A stretch of 63,782 bases of DNA, counting the filler, from Octopus bimaculoides (lineage: Eukaryota): assembly GCF_001194135.2 (NCBI RefSeq). It is 5 parts of 5 records of this genome, joined end to end, with 100 filler letters (N's around TTAATTAATTAA, not from the genome) between each part and the next. Parts side by side here need not be neighbours in the genome. Positions count along the whole stretch, not along the records: positions 32,358 to 57,983 come from NC_069007.1; positions 58,084 to 61,691 come from NW_026295529.1; 3 more parts are not named here. One strand, given 5' to 3'. Position numbers and translations under genes: made by a program. A model generated the notes under the pieces. The model did no database searches. It had not been told where the DNA came from and saw only the letters and a program-made list of their open reading frames with translations. This document shows, piece by piece, positions 47,494 to 60,381 of this stretch. Position 1 is the stretch's first letter. Each line of letters starts with the position of its first letter.

Positions 47494-48925
47494 CATGGAA
47501 CTCCTACCAAATGTATCGATTACCTTCTTTTGTTTGTCAACTCATTTGTGTATATACATATACGTGAGTGTATACATAGAGCTAAATTTGAGCACTACTC
47601 TGTATTTAAGCATTATATCAGCTAAGAATTAATTTGAAACTCAACCAACCCCACACTAAATAAGTAGACTCAAACAATAATGCTAACGTCACCTACAGGA
47701 ATTGAACTGTGAATCTGTTAGTTACTAGGGGCCCTCATTAGCAACCAGACCTCTCTGAGTTTGTGTCATAATATTTATCAAAACTGGTGTGTGTATGTAT
47801 CACACGAAAATGTGTTTATAATTTTATTCATGGCAATTGTTCATTCAGTGGAGGGCACCTCCTCCAACAGTATTTTAGAATATATACATATATATATATA
47901 AACATACATATGTGTGTATGTATGTATATATAATGGGGTTGCAATCGATGTTAAGGTTGACATTGTTCATGTTTGTTGATGTGTAGTCAACCATATATAT
48001 ATGGTTGATGCATACTGTTGACCATATATTGATTGCACAGAAATTTCAGATCTGGGTGTGTAATTTGTGACAAACATTTAAGAAATTCTAGACATTTCTG
48101 CTGTTAACACAAGGTCGCAACGAGCACTTTTGATAAGAATTTGCACCACAAAATGAAACACAAAAAAAATAATATACTATATATATATATGTGTGTGTGT
48201 AGGTATGGTGATGCAAACAGGAAAAATAGAACTCAAAATTCGAGTGCATGTATATTTTTACCAATATTTAGCAGAAGCACCAGAGGGATTCGAAGACTGA
48301 GAGTTTTGTGTGTTAGCACTTATCAAACTGATAAATGCAAACACACACGAAGCTCTCAGCCTTTGAGTGACTCTGTTGCTTCTGTTAAATATTTATGTTT
48401 CTACCATCCCATACTCTGGGATATGCCAGAAACAGCTGTAAGACTGAATTTTTTCCAATAATAATAACACTGTATATGACTTGAGATGTTTGCCTTGCCT
48501 TAACATTTGTTGTCCTCTTTAACAATTATAAACATAGATGATGATATATATATATATATATATATATATATNNNNNNNNNNNNNNNNNNNNNNNNNNNNN
48601 NNNNNNNNNNNNNNNNNNNNNNNNNNNNNNNNNNNNNNNNNNNNNNNNNNNNNNNNNNNNNNNNNNNNNNNNNNNNNNNNNNNNNNNNNNNNNNNNNNNN
48701 NNNNNNNNNNNNNNNNNNNNNNNNNNNNNNNNNNNNNNNNNNNNNNNNNNNNNNNNNNNNNNNNNNNNNNNNNNNNNNNNNNNNNNNNNNNNNNNNNNNN
48801 NNNNNNNNNNNNNNNNNNNNNNNNNNNNNNNNNNNNNNNNNNNNNNNNNNNNNNNNNNNNNNNNNNNNNNNNNNNNNNNNNNNNNNNNNNNNNNNNNNNN
48901 NNNNNNNNNNNNNNNNNNNNNNNNN

Positions 48926-48965
<40 letters not shown>

Positions 48966-50620
48966 TCTATGTTCCTTATGCATGTTAGTGGAGAGAACGT
49001 GCCGAGGCCTTCGTCCCACAGTGGACTGAACATAGGTGATCTAACCCAACTCATGCATATAGATGTGGTGGGGGTCGGGGGTTGCAGTTTTGATGCATTA
49101 TCTGTTTCATGAGTCTTGGAGCGGCTTAAGCAAAGCATGACAGGACATATACAACAATACTGCCAACAACAGCAGGAACACAGTGAAGATGAGTGGGGGT
49201 GGGCATGGGGAGGAGTGTCAGAAACAAGTTCTTTAAGACACATTACAGCACCACAATTGTAATTAATCAATTCAGTAATTAATTAAGTCACTAACCATAT
49301 GTCAGCTGATAATAAGTAGCTAATTAGTACTTACATTATCACAGATTTAGTTTCACTGTTCAACAGAAATGGGATCAGCGACTGCGTTCTGCTGCTGCAA
49401 TTGAATGCAACCCATTGCTGCAAATGTAACGCCATGTGTGCTGCACAACTAAAATACTAAAATATTCACTGCAACAGTTAGAAAATTATCATCACAACCC
49501 TGTGCAAGCTTTAAGAGAAAGAGAGTGTGGGATGAGAAGATTGGCTGCAGCTGATGGGCGCTGATGAATTGACACAGCTGACTGGATATTCAACCTGTTT
49601 TTGGTGCTGGAGGTAAGCACATGCATGCAGGCATGCAAAGAAATATGCAGATGGAAAAAGGGCAAAAGAGAGACATAATAATTTATTAACTTAATGTGAT
49701 TAACATAAACACTTTTCCTATCCTCAGACTCAGAGAGAGAAATATGCCGAAAGAGAAAGAGACCTTACACATATATCCAAACATAACTAGATGCTCATAC
49801 ATATAGAGGGAAAGAGAGAAAGTGATATGATTTACTGATTGAACATGATTAACCAGCACTTTACCTTCTCAGATGCACAAAGAAAAATATATAAAGAGAG
49901 AGAAAGATAGAGAAACATTAAAATGTCTCATGTCAAATAAGTCAGTGTCAAATCAGTGCCACAAAATAAGCAATGTCAAAATGGCTGTGCCACAATGTCT
50001 CATACCCAAGAGACAGAAAGAGACAATAAAAGAGAGAGAGAGAGAGAAAGCTTGTGAGTGAGTGAGTGTAAGAAAGAGAGGGAAATAAAATCTGAGGCTA
50101 GCTTCCTGTGATTGAAAATAAATTAACTTTGGTTAGAGTTTAAGTACAAATGGTTAGGTTAAGTAACAAAAACATTAAAAAAAAAAATTAATGATGGATG
50201 CTATGTAGATCCTTTTGTAACTGTTTCATGAGAAATATTTTCATATTTATGATTAATTTTTGCTTGAAAATATTCATAATGTTGTTAATGAAAATTTGGA
50301 ACAACATAAAAAATAAAGAAAATAAAAATGTCATCTTCACAACAGTGTTAGCTTTGCTATTTAAGCACCAATGATAATAATAATAAAGATAATAATAATA
50401 ATAATAAACACAAACACCTGAAGGGTGCCATATGAGGTTCGATTTTGGCAATCAGGTAAAAAGGTCTTCAAACATACTCAGGTTTTAGGAATTAAAAAAC
50501 AAAATTACCATGTTGTCCAGTATACAAACTGAATTCTTCAGACCAAAATTTACAGCCAAAAGAAGTGGGGAAAAGGGAAAAAAAGGAGGAGGGGGGATCA
50601 ACTGATTCATGAAAATGATT

Positions 50621-50848
50621 TTAACCCTTTAGCATTCAGATTACTTTGTCAGATGTAATGTGCATGTATTCACATCATTTAAAATTAATCATGCATTATT
50701 TCGTAGTTTTGAGATTTCAATGATGTGATTGTTCATTTTTAAAGTGACACTATAGGGTAAGTGCGAAAGGCCAGATTTGACCAGTTTGAAGATAAAACAG
50801 ATTGAATATTTTGGTCAGATACGACCGGTTTAAATGTTAAAGCATTAA
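50621..50848 (+). mobile_element. piggyBac-like MITE
   Basis: TTAA-ccctttagcattca at the left end; degenerate ttaaatgttaaagca-TTAA at the right end. Confidence 0.72.
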
Positions 50849-51083
50849 AGAAAAAAAATTTCATGGGAAATGCAGCAGGATTTGGAAAGATAATAATGAT
50901 ACTTGAATATTTATACTTTAGACAAATCTGACTTGTAAAGCCAGAGTAAAAAAAAAAATTACAATTGAAATAAAACATTCATTTAAAATGTTGTCTGGGA
51001 GTCCAAGAAATTTGTCATATTTACCATTTATAATTGGTTAATTTAATTATTTAAGCATGGACAAAAATTTTTTTAAAAACTGC

Positions 51084-51292
51084 TCAACCCTTCAGCGTTC
51101 AGATTCCTCTCTCAAATGTAATGCTTATTTATTCACAGTGTTTTGGATTAATCAGGCGTTATTTTGTAGTTTTGAGATTTTGATCATGTGATTGTATGTT
51201 TTTAGAATATTATAGGGAAGGTGTGAGAGATCAGACCTGGCCAGGTAGAATATTTGGGCTGGATACAACCGGTTTGAATGCTGAAGGGTTAA
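51084..51292 (+). mobile_element. piggyBac-like MITE
   Basis: TIR aacccttcagcgttca / tgaatgctgaagggtt (15 of 16 match); TCAA and TTAA flanks; homologous to 50621-50848. Confidence 0.8.
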
Positions 51293-51654
51293 GGTAGTGC
51301 CATGGTGGTTTCATTGCAAGCACTGCAAAAGAAATGTGATAAATCTTTCATTTTTAAAAGAAATATGGGTGGGGGCGGGGAACCTAAAAATATTGCTAAT
51401 TAATATTCTGAGCCAAAGAAATTATCATCACAAATATTTAAGCACCCCACCCCATGTAAAAAAATATAAAATAATAAAAAAAGACTCAGAAAATTTGATG
51501 GTGTGCCATGTAGATAGATCTGGTGATGCCTATGATGCAAGAATATGTTTAGTTCTTCAGGTTAAGGAAGAAAAAATACATCCATCAACAAAAAAAAAAA
51601 AATAAAAAATGAATGTTTGGAACCATTCTCTGCTACATTTGCTATCAAGATGAT

Positions 51655-52087
51655 GATGATGATAATCGTTTCAAATTTTGGCACAAGGCCAGCAATCTTG
51701 GGATGGAGGGGCTTAAGTCGATTACATCAACCCCAGTGTTCAACTGGTACTTATTTTATTGACTCCGGAAAGGATGAAAGGTAAAGTCGACCTCAGCAGA
51801 GTTTGAACTCAGATCATAGACAGACGAAATACTGCAAAGTATTTTGCCCGGTGTGCTAACGATTCTGTCAGCTCACTGCCTTGATGATGATGATGATGAT
51901 TATAATCCTTTCTAATGTAAGCACAAGGCCTGAGATTTGGTGGGAGGCGGGGCAGTCAATTAGATCGACCCCGAAAGGATAAAAGGCAAAGTCAACCTCA
52001 GCAGAATTTGAACTCAGAATGTAAACACAGATGAAATACCACTAAGCATTTTGCCTGGTGTGCTAACGAGTCTGCTAGCTCACCGCC

Positions 52088-52157
<70 letters not shown>

Positions 52158-52694
52158 TTCTTTCTACTAAAAGCACAAGGCCTGAAATTTTGGGGAAGGG
52201 GACCAGTTGATTATATCGACCCCCAGTGTTTCTCTGGTACTTAATTTATCAACCCTGAAAGGATGAAAGGCAAAGTTGATCTTGGTGGTATTTGAACTTA
52301 GAGCATAAAGATGGAGAAAATGCTGAACATTTTGTCCAGGAAGGTAAAGATTTTGCCAGCTCGCTGCCTGAATAAAAATAATTCTTTCAAAAATGGTACA
52401 AGGCCTGGAATTATATGTGGAGAAGATTATATTAAGCTGAAGGCCAGGAATTTGGGGGAGGTGGTGGGTAGATGATTAAAATAACTCAAGTACTTTGTAC
52501 TTCAATAACAATAAGTTAAGAAAGGAATGAAGTGTGAATGAAGGACATACATGGTCATGTGATAGGGATGGTGACATACCATTGTATATCTGTACAAACC
52601 CCACACAGTTACCATTTGTCCCTCCTAAAAAAAAATTAAAAAATTAAATGTTATTCTAAACCCTGGTATATTGCCTATGTTGAGACAAAAATAA

Positions 52695-52735
<41 letters not shown>

Positions 52736-53170
52736 GATACTTGAAATGAGACAGATATTGGTTTCTAACATAGGCGCAAGGCCTCATATTTTAGTGTGGA
52801 AGAGAAGTACAGTCAATTAAATTGACTCCAGTATATGACTGGTACTTTATTTTATCAACCCTCAGAAGGATGAAAGACAAAATCAACCTCTACAGGATTT
52901 GAACTCAGAATGTAAAGAGCCATACCTAAATACACAGCAGGGCATATATTTTTTTATTATCCACTGTTCAAAACTGAAGCTGTGATAGAATTTTGTTATT
53001 TGGGCACAAAGCCCGAAAATTGAAGTAAGGGTAATTTGTGTTATTTTATGAACCCTCGGTAGGATGGAAGGTGAAGTTGACTGACCTTGGTAGGATTTGA
53101 AATCAGAAAATAAAGATTCAGAACTAAATAAACTGCAAGGCAATTTGTCAAACTCTCTGATGATTTTGGC
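51655..53170 (-). mobile_element. Tandem cluster of SINE family 2 (about five copies, CpG-decayed)
   Basis: Copies at about 51655-51880, 51905-52089, 52155-52370, 52770-52935 and 53040-53170, all on the minus strand and separated by (GAT)n/(AAT)n. Confidence 0.85.
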
Positions 53171-54165
53171 AATCTACTGCCATAGACCGAAATTCAACTT
53201 TATGATGTTCTTTGGTTTTCATTCAACCCCAAAATACCCAGGGTTGCGTAAATAGGGGTTTATATTTTTATCAAGACTTGATACAAAAAAATAAAAGTGT
53301 ATGTCGCATGCACATGTTTATGTGCATATCTATGCACAAATGTGTAGAACAGACACAGATGCACACATGCATGTTTGCATCTGTATATGCAGTATATGTG
53401 CAGGTGACACTATGCACAAATGTATGTTTGTTTATATGCATGAGTCCATGTGTATGCATGTATGCGAGTACGTGCTCATGTTTATGCATGCGAACATACA
53501 TCTATGCACAAATGTGTAAAACAGAGCACGTGCACATATGCATGTTTGCATCTGTATGTACATAGTGTATTTGCATATATATCTATGTGAAAATGTATGC
53601 GTTTGTCTATGTGCAAGAGACTATATGCACATGTATGTGCACAAATATCAATGCACATGTATGTGCACATGTGCTTATTAGGCCATGTATACATGCACGT
53701 GCATGTGTGTGTCTTTCTGTGTATATGCATATGAAAGCATGCATATGTGAAGCTAAATGCATGTTTGTCTCTACATCTATTTGCAGATGTACATGTGTGT
53801 GCACATGTCTTTATGGCATGACTGAATGCATCTTTCTGTATGTAGGTGTATATGTTTGTGTATAAGACAAAGACTGCATCTTTCTCTCTCAGATTCATTC
53901 GGTATGGTGTCTGTGAGTCAACAACATCAAGCGTTTTTATAGATGCATTTATACACCGACGGAAACTGAGAGAAAGAGAAGGAGGTGGGGGAGGTTTCTG
54001 TCTGTGCATCTGTATTTGACTGTCGGCTGTTTTGCAGAAGGATGAGGAGGGGCATAGAGCTTGAAGTGGGGAAAGATATGCCATCTGCTTAGAAGCTGTT
54101 TCATTTAGAGAAAAGCTAAATATACACATATGTATGTATGTGTGCGTGTTTATGCTTTTATATAT

Positions 54166-54219
<54 letters not shown>

Positions 54220-55182
54220 CACATATATATATGTATATATATATGTGTGCGCACACACATGCAGTGATTGTCACTGTGGCCTGTTGGTTAATGTTAAGCA
54301 ATGATATTTACATGAATGGCTAACCACGGACAACCAGAAAAACCTTTACCTTCGTTGATGTATGTGTATGTGTAAGTGTGTGTGTGTATATATATATATA
54401 TAAATGGTATTATATATGGGTGTCTGAGTGCTTATAATACCAAATACAATGGCTAACATTTTTTTTTAATTTGGGGTTTTATTGCATATGTGTGTGTGTA
54501 TATATATATATATATGTATGTATGTATGTATGTACATTCACACATGCANNNNNNNNNNNNNNNNNNNNNNNNNNNNNNNNNNNNNNNNNNNNNNNNNNNN
54601 NNNNNNNNNNNNNNNNNNNNNNNNNNNNNNNNNNNNNNNNNNNNNNNNNNNNNNNNNNNNNNNNNNNNNNNNNNNNNNNNNNNNNNNNNNNNNNNNNNNN
54701 NNNNNNNNNNNNNNNNNNNNNNNNNNNNNNNNNNNNNNNNNNNNNNNNNNNNNNNNNNNNNNNNNNNNNNNNNNNNNNNNNNNNNNNNNNNNNNNNNNNN
54801 NNNNNNNNNNNNNNNNNNNNNNNNNNNNNNNNNNNNNNNNNNNNNNNNNNNNNNNNNNNNNNNNNNNNNNNNNNNNNNNNNNNNNNNNNNNNNNNNNNNN
54901 NNNNNTGAACATACACGGTTTTGAAAAAAAGGAAAAGGAATAACTAGGATTCAAGAGGACAGGCAGAAATTATGCAGTGGAATTGGTGAATCTGGATAAA
55001 ATTGGATGCTGCATGCAAGAGGAAGCGGAAACTAATGTTTCTGGGTTGGCAATTCATCTGAACCAGCAATAAACGTTTCCTTCATCTTAGATGAAGCATG
55101 AGTTTTAAACCATCAAGATTTCTGCTTTTCTCCGCAGTATACAAACTCCTCCAGACTACCAAATCCACTCCACTTACATACA

Positions 55183-55256
<74 letters not shown>

Positions 55257-56694
55257 TATATATACACACACACACACATATATATAGACAAGCCTATATA
55301 GTATTTTATTGAAGCTGTGAAGTCTTCCCAAACTGTTACTCTGAGTATCATATCACTGGCCATCAGAGTATCTAGAACAATACAGTAATACTTGTAAATA
55401 CTCACAAACTATCATTGTTCTAAATAAGCACAGTTGTCTGATGATCAGTTGACATGAAACTCTGAGTAACAGTTTGCAAGGACTTTTCAGCTTCAATGAA
55501 ACAGTGAACTTTACTCTGCCTTTGGTAATCGAGTACTATTTTCTCCACATTGTTTTGCACCTATGTGCTTACGTGTATGTATATATGTACACACATACAT
55601 ATATATATATATTTATGTATATGTATATATGTGTGTGTGGATGTGTATCTGTGTGTGTGTGTGTGTGTGTGTATGTATGAATATATAATTATGTATATTT
55701 CATACTATATAAAATATATATATATGTATGGAAATAAATACTTTCTTTTATCATTTTTTTCTCTTTTGTATTTTTCTTTCCGACAATATAAATAATTATA
55801 ACAACATTGATATTGATATTGGGATGAACCATAGAGCGATATTATTTTTTTCTCTTCTTTTTGTTGTTTTTGGATGTTTTTTCTTTGTGATTCTCTTTTG
55901 AGAATGATGCAGTGTTGCCTCGTGTGTGCCTCCAGGCCATCCTTGTTCTTATTTCTCGCGCCCCCAGACAGGATTCTCAAATGTCGTTGATGCTGGGTGA
56001 TAAATAGGATTGCCTTGCTGTAAATTGAAGAAATATATATATGTTAATAAATTGGATGGATAGATGGATGGACAGATAGACAAATAGATGGACAGACGGA
56101 TAAATAGATAGACAGATAAACAGACAGACAGATAAATGCATAGACAGATAGATAGACAGAGAGACCAACAGATGCAAAGATAGACAGATGGTCAGATAGA
56201 TAGACTTAACTGATTAGATGTGTTGACATGTCTTGTCTTGGAGCAAATATTCTACTTAATACCACAGATTTTCTTGTCAGTTGCTTGACCTTAACTAGTT
56301 GAGCATGTCCCTTAGTGGCTGACGATATGTGCATCTCTGATCACAAGCAGAAATAATAGGGTAGCATCATAGTCACGTGTTGAAAGGAATTCTTTGGGGT
56401 TTGAATAATTCACCCCTGGAAACATGGGTGTTTTGTCCATCATCCTTAACCCCTATTCAAGGACCTTCTGAGTGGGATGAACTACTCAACCCAAAGACAA
56501 TTCTAACTGGGCCCCACCAGCAAGGCCATACGCTATTTGTCTTAATGTCACCATGTTGTCCACATATCACTGTGATATATGTGCTTGGTGTACCCTTATC
56601 AGACGGGTAGTTATGATGGGTATATTGGGCTTTTATATTTGTACCCTAATGTCACTTTGGTGGTATGTGCTGCTCTCTCACTCAATAATATTTA

Positions 56695-56915
56695 TTTCTT
56701 TATTGCCAACAGGGGACTAAACATAGAGGGGACAAACAAGGACAGACTAAGTCGATGACATTGACGCCAATGCATAACAGATACTTATTTAATTGACCCC
56801 GAAAGGATGAAAGGCTAAGTTAACCTCAGCAGAATTTGAACCCAGAACGTAACGGCAGACGAAATACCGCTGAGCATTTCACCTGGCGTGCTAACGATTC
56901 TGTCGGCTCGCCACC
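56695..56915 (-). mobile_element. SINE family 2 variant
   Basis: Same head; alternative 3' end (gtccttgtttgtcccctctatgtttag...caataaa) also seen at 34940-35105. Confidence 0.8.
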
Positions 56916-57139
56916 ATGTAAATAATAATAACAACAACAACAACAATAATTATAATAATAATCTTTGACTAATTGTATTCTAGTTTTAAAATAGGTTCAC
57001 TGTGTCTATGAATGTTGTAAAAATTGACTAAATTAGCTAAAAGGATTGGCATTTGAAATGGCACGTGGCTGGAAACAGTGCTTTCAAAAACTCCTCTAAT
57101 CCATGCCGGCATAGAAATGCAAACGTAAACTGATGAAGC

Positions 57140-57335
57140 TCCCCATCATCATCATCATCATTATCATCATCCTTTAACATCCATCTTCCATGTTTGCATG
57201 GACTTAGTGGTTCGACAGGAGCTGGAAGAATGTGACAGGCTCCATGACTACTCTGGCATGGTTCCTACAGCTGGATGCCCTTCATAATGCCAACCATCTC
57301 AGAGGGTATTGAGAGCATTTTACCATGGCACCCAC
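57140..57335 (-). mobile_element. Degenerate RTE 3' end
   Basis: (CAT)n tail then tttaacatccatcttccatg...ctacagctggatgcccttc. Confidence 0.7.
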
Positions 57336-57691
57336 ACAGAAAAAAGATAATGTTTTACAAGCTTTAAGCTGCTGTTAGCCAACCTAGAAGGTAAAACCTC
57401 TCACCACCCATCATCTATTTGTAAGGGTGTTACCCAGGTAAATGTAAGATGATGATGATGATGGTGGTGATGATGATGATGGCAAGTTATCAACAATAAT
57501 AGGTGTCCTGTCATCACATGCTATTTTTATACTAACACATGTGGTTAACTTGCAATCAGCTTGTATGAAGATCCAGATATATACACAGACATGTGTATAT
57601 GCATATATATATATATTTATGCACACATACATATAGATTTCACATTGTACATGTGTATGTATGTGTATATATAAATATGCATAAGTGTGTA

Positions 57692-57740
<49 letters not shown>

Positions 57741-57983
57741 AAGGGAGGGAGGAGGTCACGAAGTAAGTGTTGTTTATTCCTATTTTTTTTTCAAATAGTG
57801 TGAAGCTAAGTAAGTAATTATATGCTGATTATGACCGAGTGGTAATGAGTAAGACGACAACGATGATGGTGATGCTGCCAACCATTTTGAGGGGATGGGG
57901 GGAGGAGTAGCTGATATCATCAACTACAATACATGATGGGCACTTTACCAAAGCTCAGAGGAATGGAAGGTAAATTTGACCCC

Positions 57984-58083
57984 NNNNNNNNNNNNNNNNN
58001 NNNNNNNNNNNNNNNNNNNNNNNNNNNTTAATTAATTAANNNNNNNNNNNNNNNNNNNNNNNNNNNNNNNNNNNNNNNNNNNN
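57984..58083. other. Artificial scaffold spacer
   Basis: 44 N + TTAATTAATTAA + 44 N. Confidence 0.95.
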
Positions 58084-58259
58084 CTCACAATCATGATATA
58101 GTGAGTTCGATTCTCAGACGGTGGTGGATGTTGTGTTCTTGAGTAAGACAATTCTTACCAAACTCATAGAAGATGCAGGAACACTCTGACATATCTGAAA
58201 GGAAGTAAAATCAGGCCATGCTTAGCTGAAAAATGTATGTCTTCTTATACTTTCATAAG

Positions 58260-58390
58260 CTCAAAAAGCAAAATATCTGGAAGATGCCCTCAGAATCAAA
58301 AGTTCATTGGGCATCGTAGTCCGGTATATTTCTGAACTAGAGAATAATCGACACCCACAAGAAAGTTACAAGTTCATACTAAGTGAACAC
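58260..58390 (+). CDS. Candidate upstream exon of the adhesion GPCR
   Basis: Acceptor cttcttatactttcataag|; open phase-1 frame QKAKYLEDALRIKSSLGIVVRYISELENNRHPQE; no clear donor. Confidence 0.25.
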
Positions 58391-59239
58391 TAATTCAAAG
58401 AAAACACATCTACACAATGCCGAATAATGATATCAGGNNNNNNNNNNNNNNNNNNNNNNNNNNNNNNNNNNNNNNNNNNNNNNNNNNNNNNNNNNNNNNN
58501 NNNNNNNNNNNNNNNNNNNNNNNNNNNNNNNNNNNNNNNNNNNNNNNNNNNNNNNNNNNNNNNNNNNNNNNNNNNNNNNNNNNNNNNNNNNNNNNGCACA
58601 TACGCATGGCTATATGTGTATATAAACGTATGTTTATATGCCTATCTTTGTATTGAACAGAGAATCGGATGTTGTTATACATCAATTGTCAGAATGTAGT
58701 TCTTCGGCAGCTTTGGAATTGATGAGCCACTTTTGAGGGAATTAATTAAAAGTCTATTTAGGTTAAGCCTGGTTTTCCCTACAAGTATTACATAAAATTA
58801 TAAAGTGTGTTTCGTTATATATTCGGAGGTTTTCATCTTTGNNNNNNNNNNNNNNNNNNNNNNNNNNNNNNNNNNNNNNNNNNNNNNNNNNNNNNNNNNN
58901 NNNNNNNNNNNNNNNNNNNNNNNNNNNNNNNNNNNNNNNNNNNNNNNNNNNNNNNNNNNNNNNNNNNNNNNNNNNNNNNNNNNNNNNNNNNNNNNNNNNN
59001 NNNNNNNNNNNNNNNNNNNNNNNNNNNNNNNNNNNNNNNNNNNNNNNNNNNNNNNNNNNNNNNNNNNNNNNNNNNNNNNNNNNNNNNNNNNNNNNNNNNN
59101 NNNNNNNNNNNNNNNNNNNNNNNNNNNNNNNNNNNNNNNNNNNNNNNNNNNNNNNNNNNNNNNNNNNNNNNNNNNNNNNNNNNNNNNNNNNNNNNNNNNN
59201 NNNNNNNNNNNNNNNNNNNNNNNNNNNNNNNNNNNNNNN

Positions 59240-59319
59240 CATACTTTCTACTGGCCAATGACAAAAGTAGGAACTAATGTGACGATCCCATGTGGTGCAA
59301 ATATATCAACAAGACATTG
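59240..59319 (+). CDS. Adhesion-type GPCR exon, first half of the HRM (HormR) domain
   Basis: HTFYWPMTKVGTNVTIPCGANISTRH + TG|gttcgt (phase-2 donor); matches the W-P-x-T..G....C...TR.C pattern. The 5' end lies in an N gap. Confidence 0.82.
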
Positions 59320-60218
59320 GTTCGTTTGTATTGTGTACTTCTTTCCAAATTTCGATGTTTCAGTGAGAGAATGTTCTATGATATAATAAATAAAACATCT
59401 ACATAGATTAAGACGATAGCATTAATGTGCGTCTAATCAAAACATTTAANNNNNNNNNNTGCCATTTTATATTTTAGGCAGTATGTGACATACTTTTTGT
59501 CTTGGTTACACGAGCAACATTTGCTTTCTTCCCAATATTAGAAAAGGTTTTCAAACATTTGTTGTCTAGATTCNNNNNNNNNNNNNNNNNNNNNNNNNNN
59601 NNNNNNNNNNNNNNNNNNNNNNNNNNNNNNNNNNNNNNNNNNNNNNNNNNNNNNNNNNNNNNNNNNNNNNNNNNNNNNNNNNNNNNNNNTTTCTTACTGT
59701 AGAGCAACATGTTTTGTTACTATATGGTTACTATAGAGTGGAGACCGAAGAAAGAAAATCATCGTGGGGCCTGACTCAGCATTTTGACATTTCTGTCCCT
59801 TCGTCTACGCTATCCTATGTGCTAAGCATGTAAAATGTTCGTCATGGAGTCTGAATTTCATAAGTTTTCACTCACCTAGGATTAATATCATGGTGCTTTA
59901 ATACTTCCTCAGCCATACAGTTCCGACATCTTATATTAAAAATGTCTTAATAACGAAAAATAATAAATAAAAGCATATGTTGCAATTATTTACCCTAAAC
60001 CTTAGGTAGATCTTTTAAAAAGACTTTGAGGATAGGGAGTAGATTAAATAACAGATTACTGACAAAATGCTTTGAAGTTATCTTAGTTCTACTAAATTGT
60101 GAGTTTATACGACTAATCAGTTAATAGTTTTTCTGACGTTTCTANNNNNNNNNNGATTCATGAAATACAAATGCATAACCACGTCTGATATTTTATATTT
60201 ATTTTGTTGTTCCTCTAG

Positions 60219-60381
60219 CACGGCGGTAGACCTAGAAATGCAAAAGTGTTCCCCATTTACTGNNNNNNNNNNGACCTAGAAATGCAAAAGTGTTCCCCAT
60301 TTACTGGTATCTGGCAAGAACCAGATATGTCACAATGTTATACTTCAGGGGGCACCACTGAAAAACCGAATAACACTACAC
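60219..60381 (+). CDS. Adhesion-type GPCR exon, second half of the HRM domain
   Basis: Acceptor attttgttgttcctctag|C completes Cys (TG|C). With the 34-bp overlap and 10 N removed, it is 119 nt: TAVDLEMQKCSPFTGIWQEPDMSQCYTSGGTTEKPNNTT, donor C|gtgagt. GIWQEPDMSQC is the G-x-W-x2-PD-x-S-x-C end of HRM. Confidence 0.88.

Noticed and set aside
48405-48447. Hammerhead ribozyme at gaaacagctgtaagact (also CTGATGA at about 39826 and gaaacgtcg at about 29346)
   Set aside because: Each has only half of the catalytic core.
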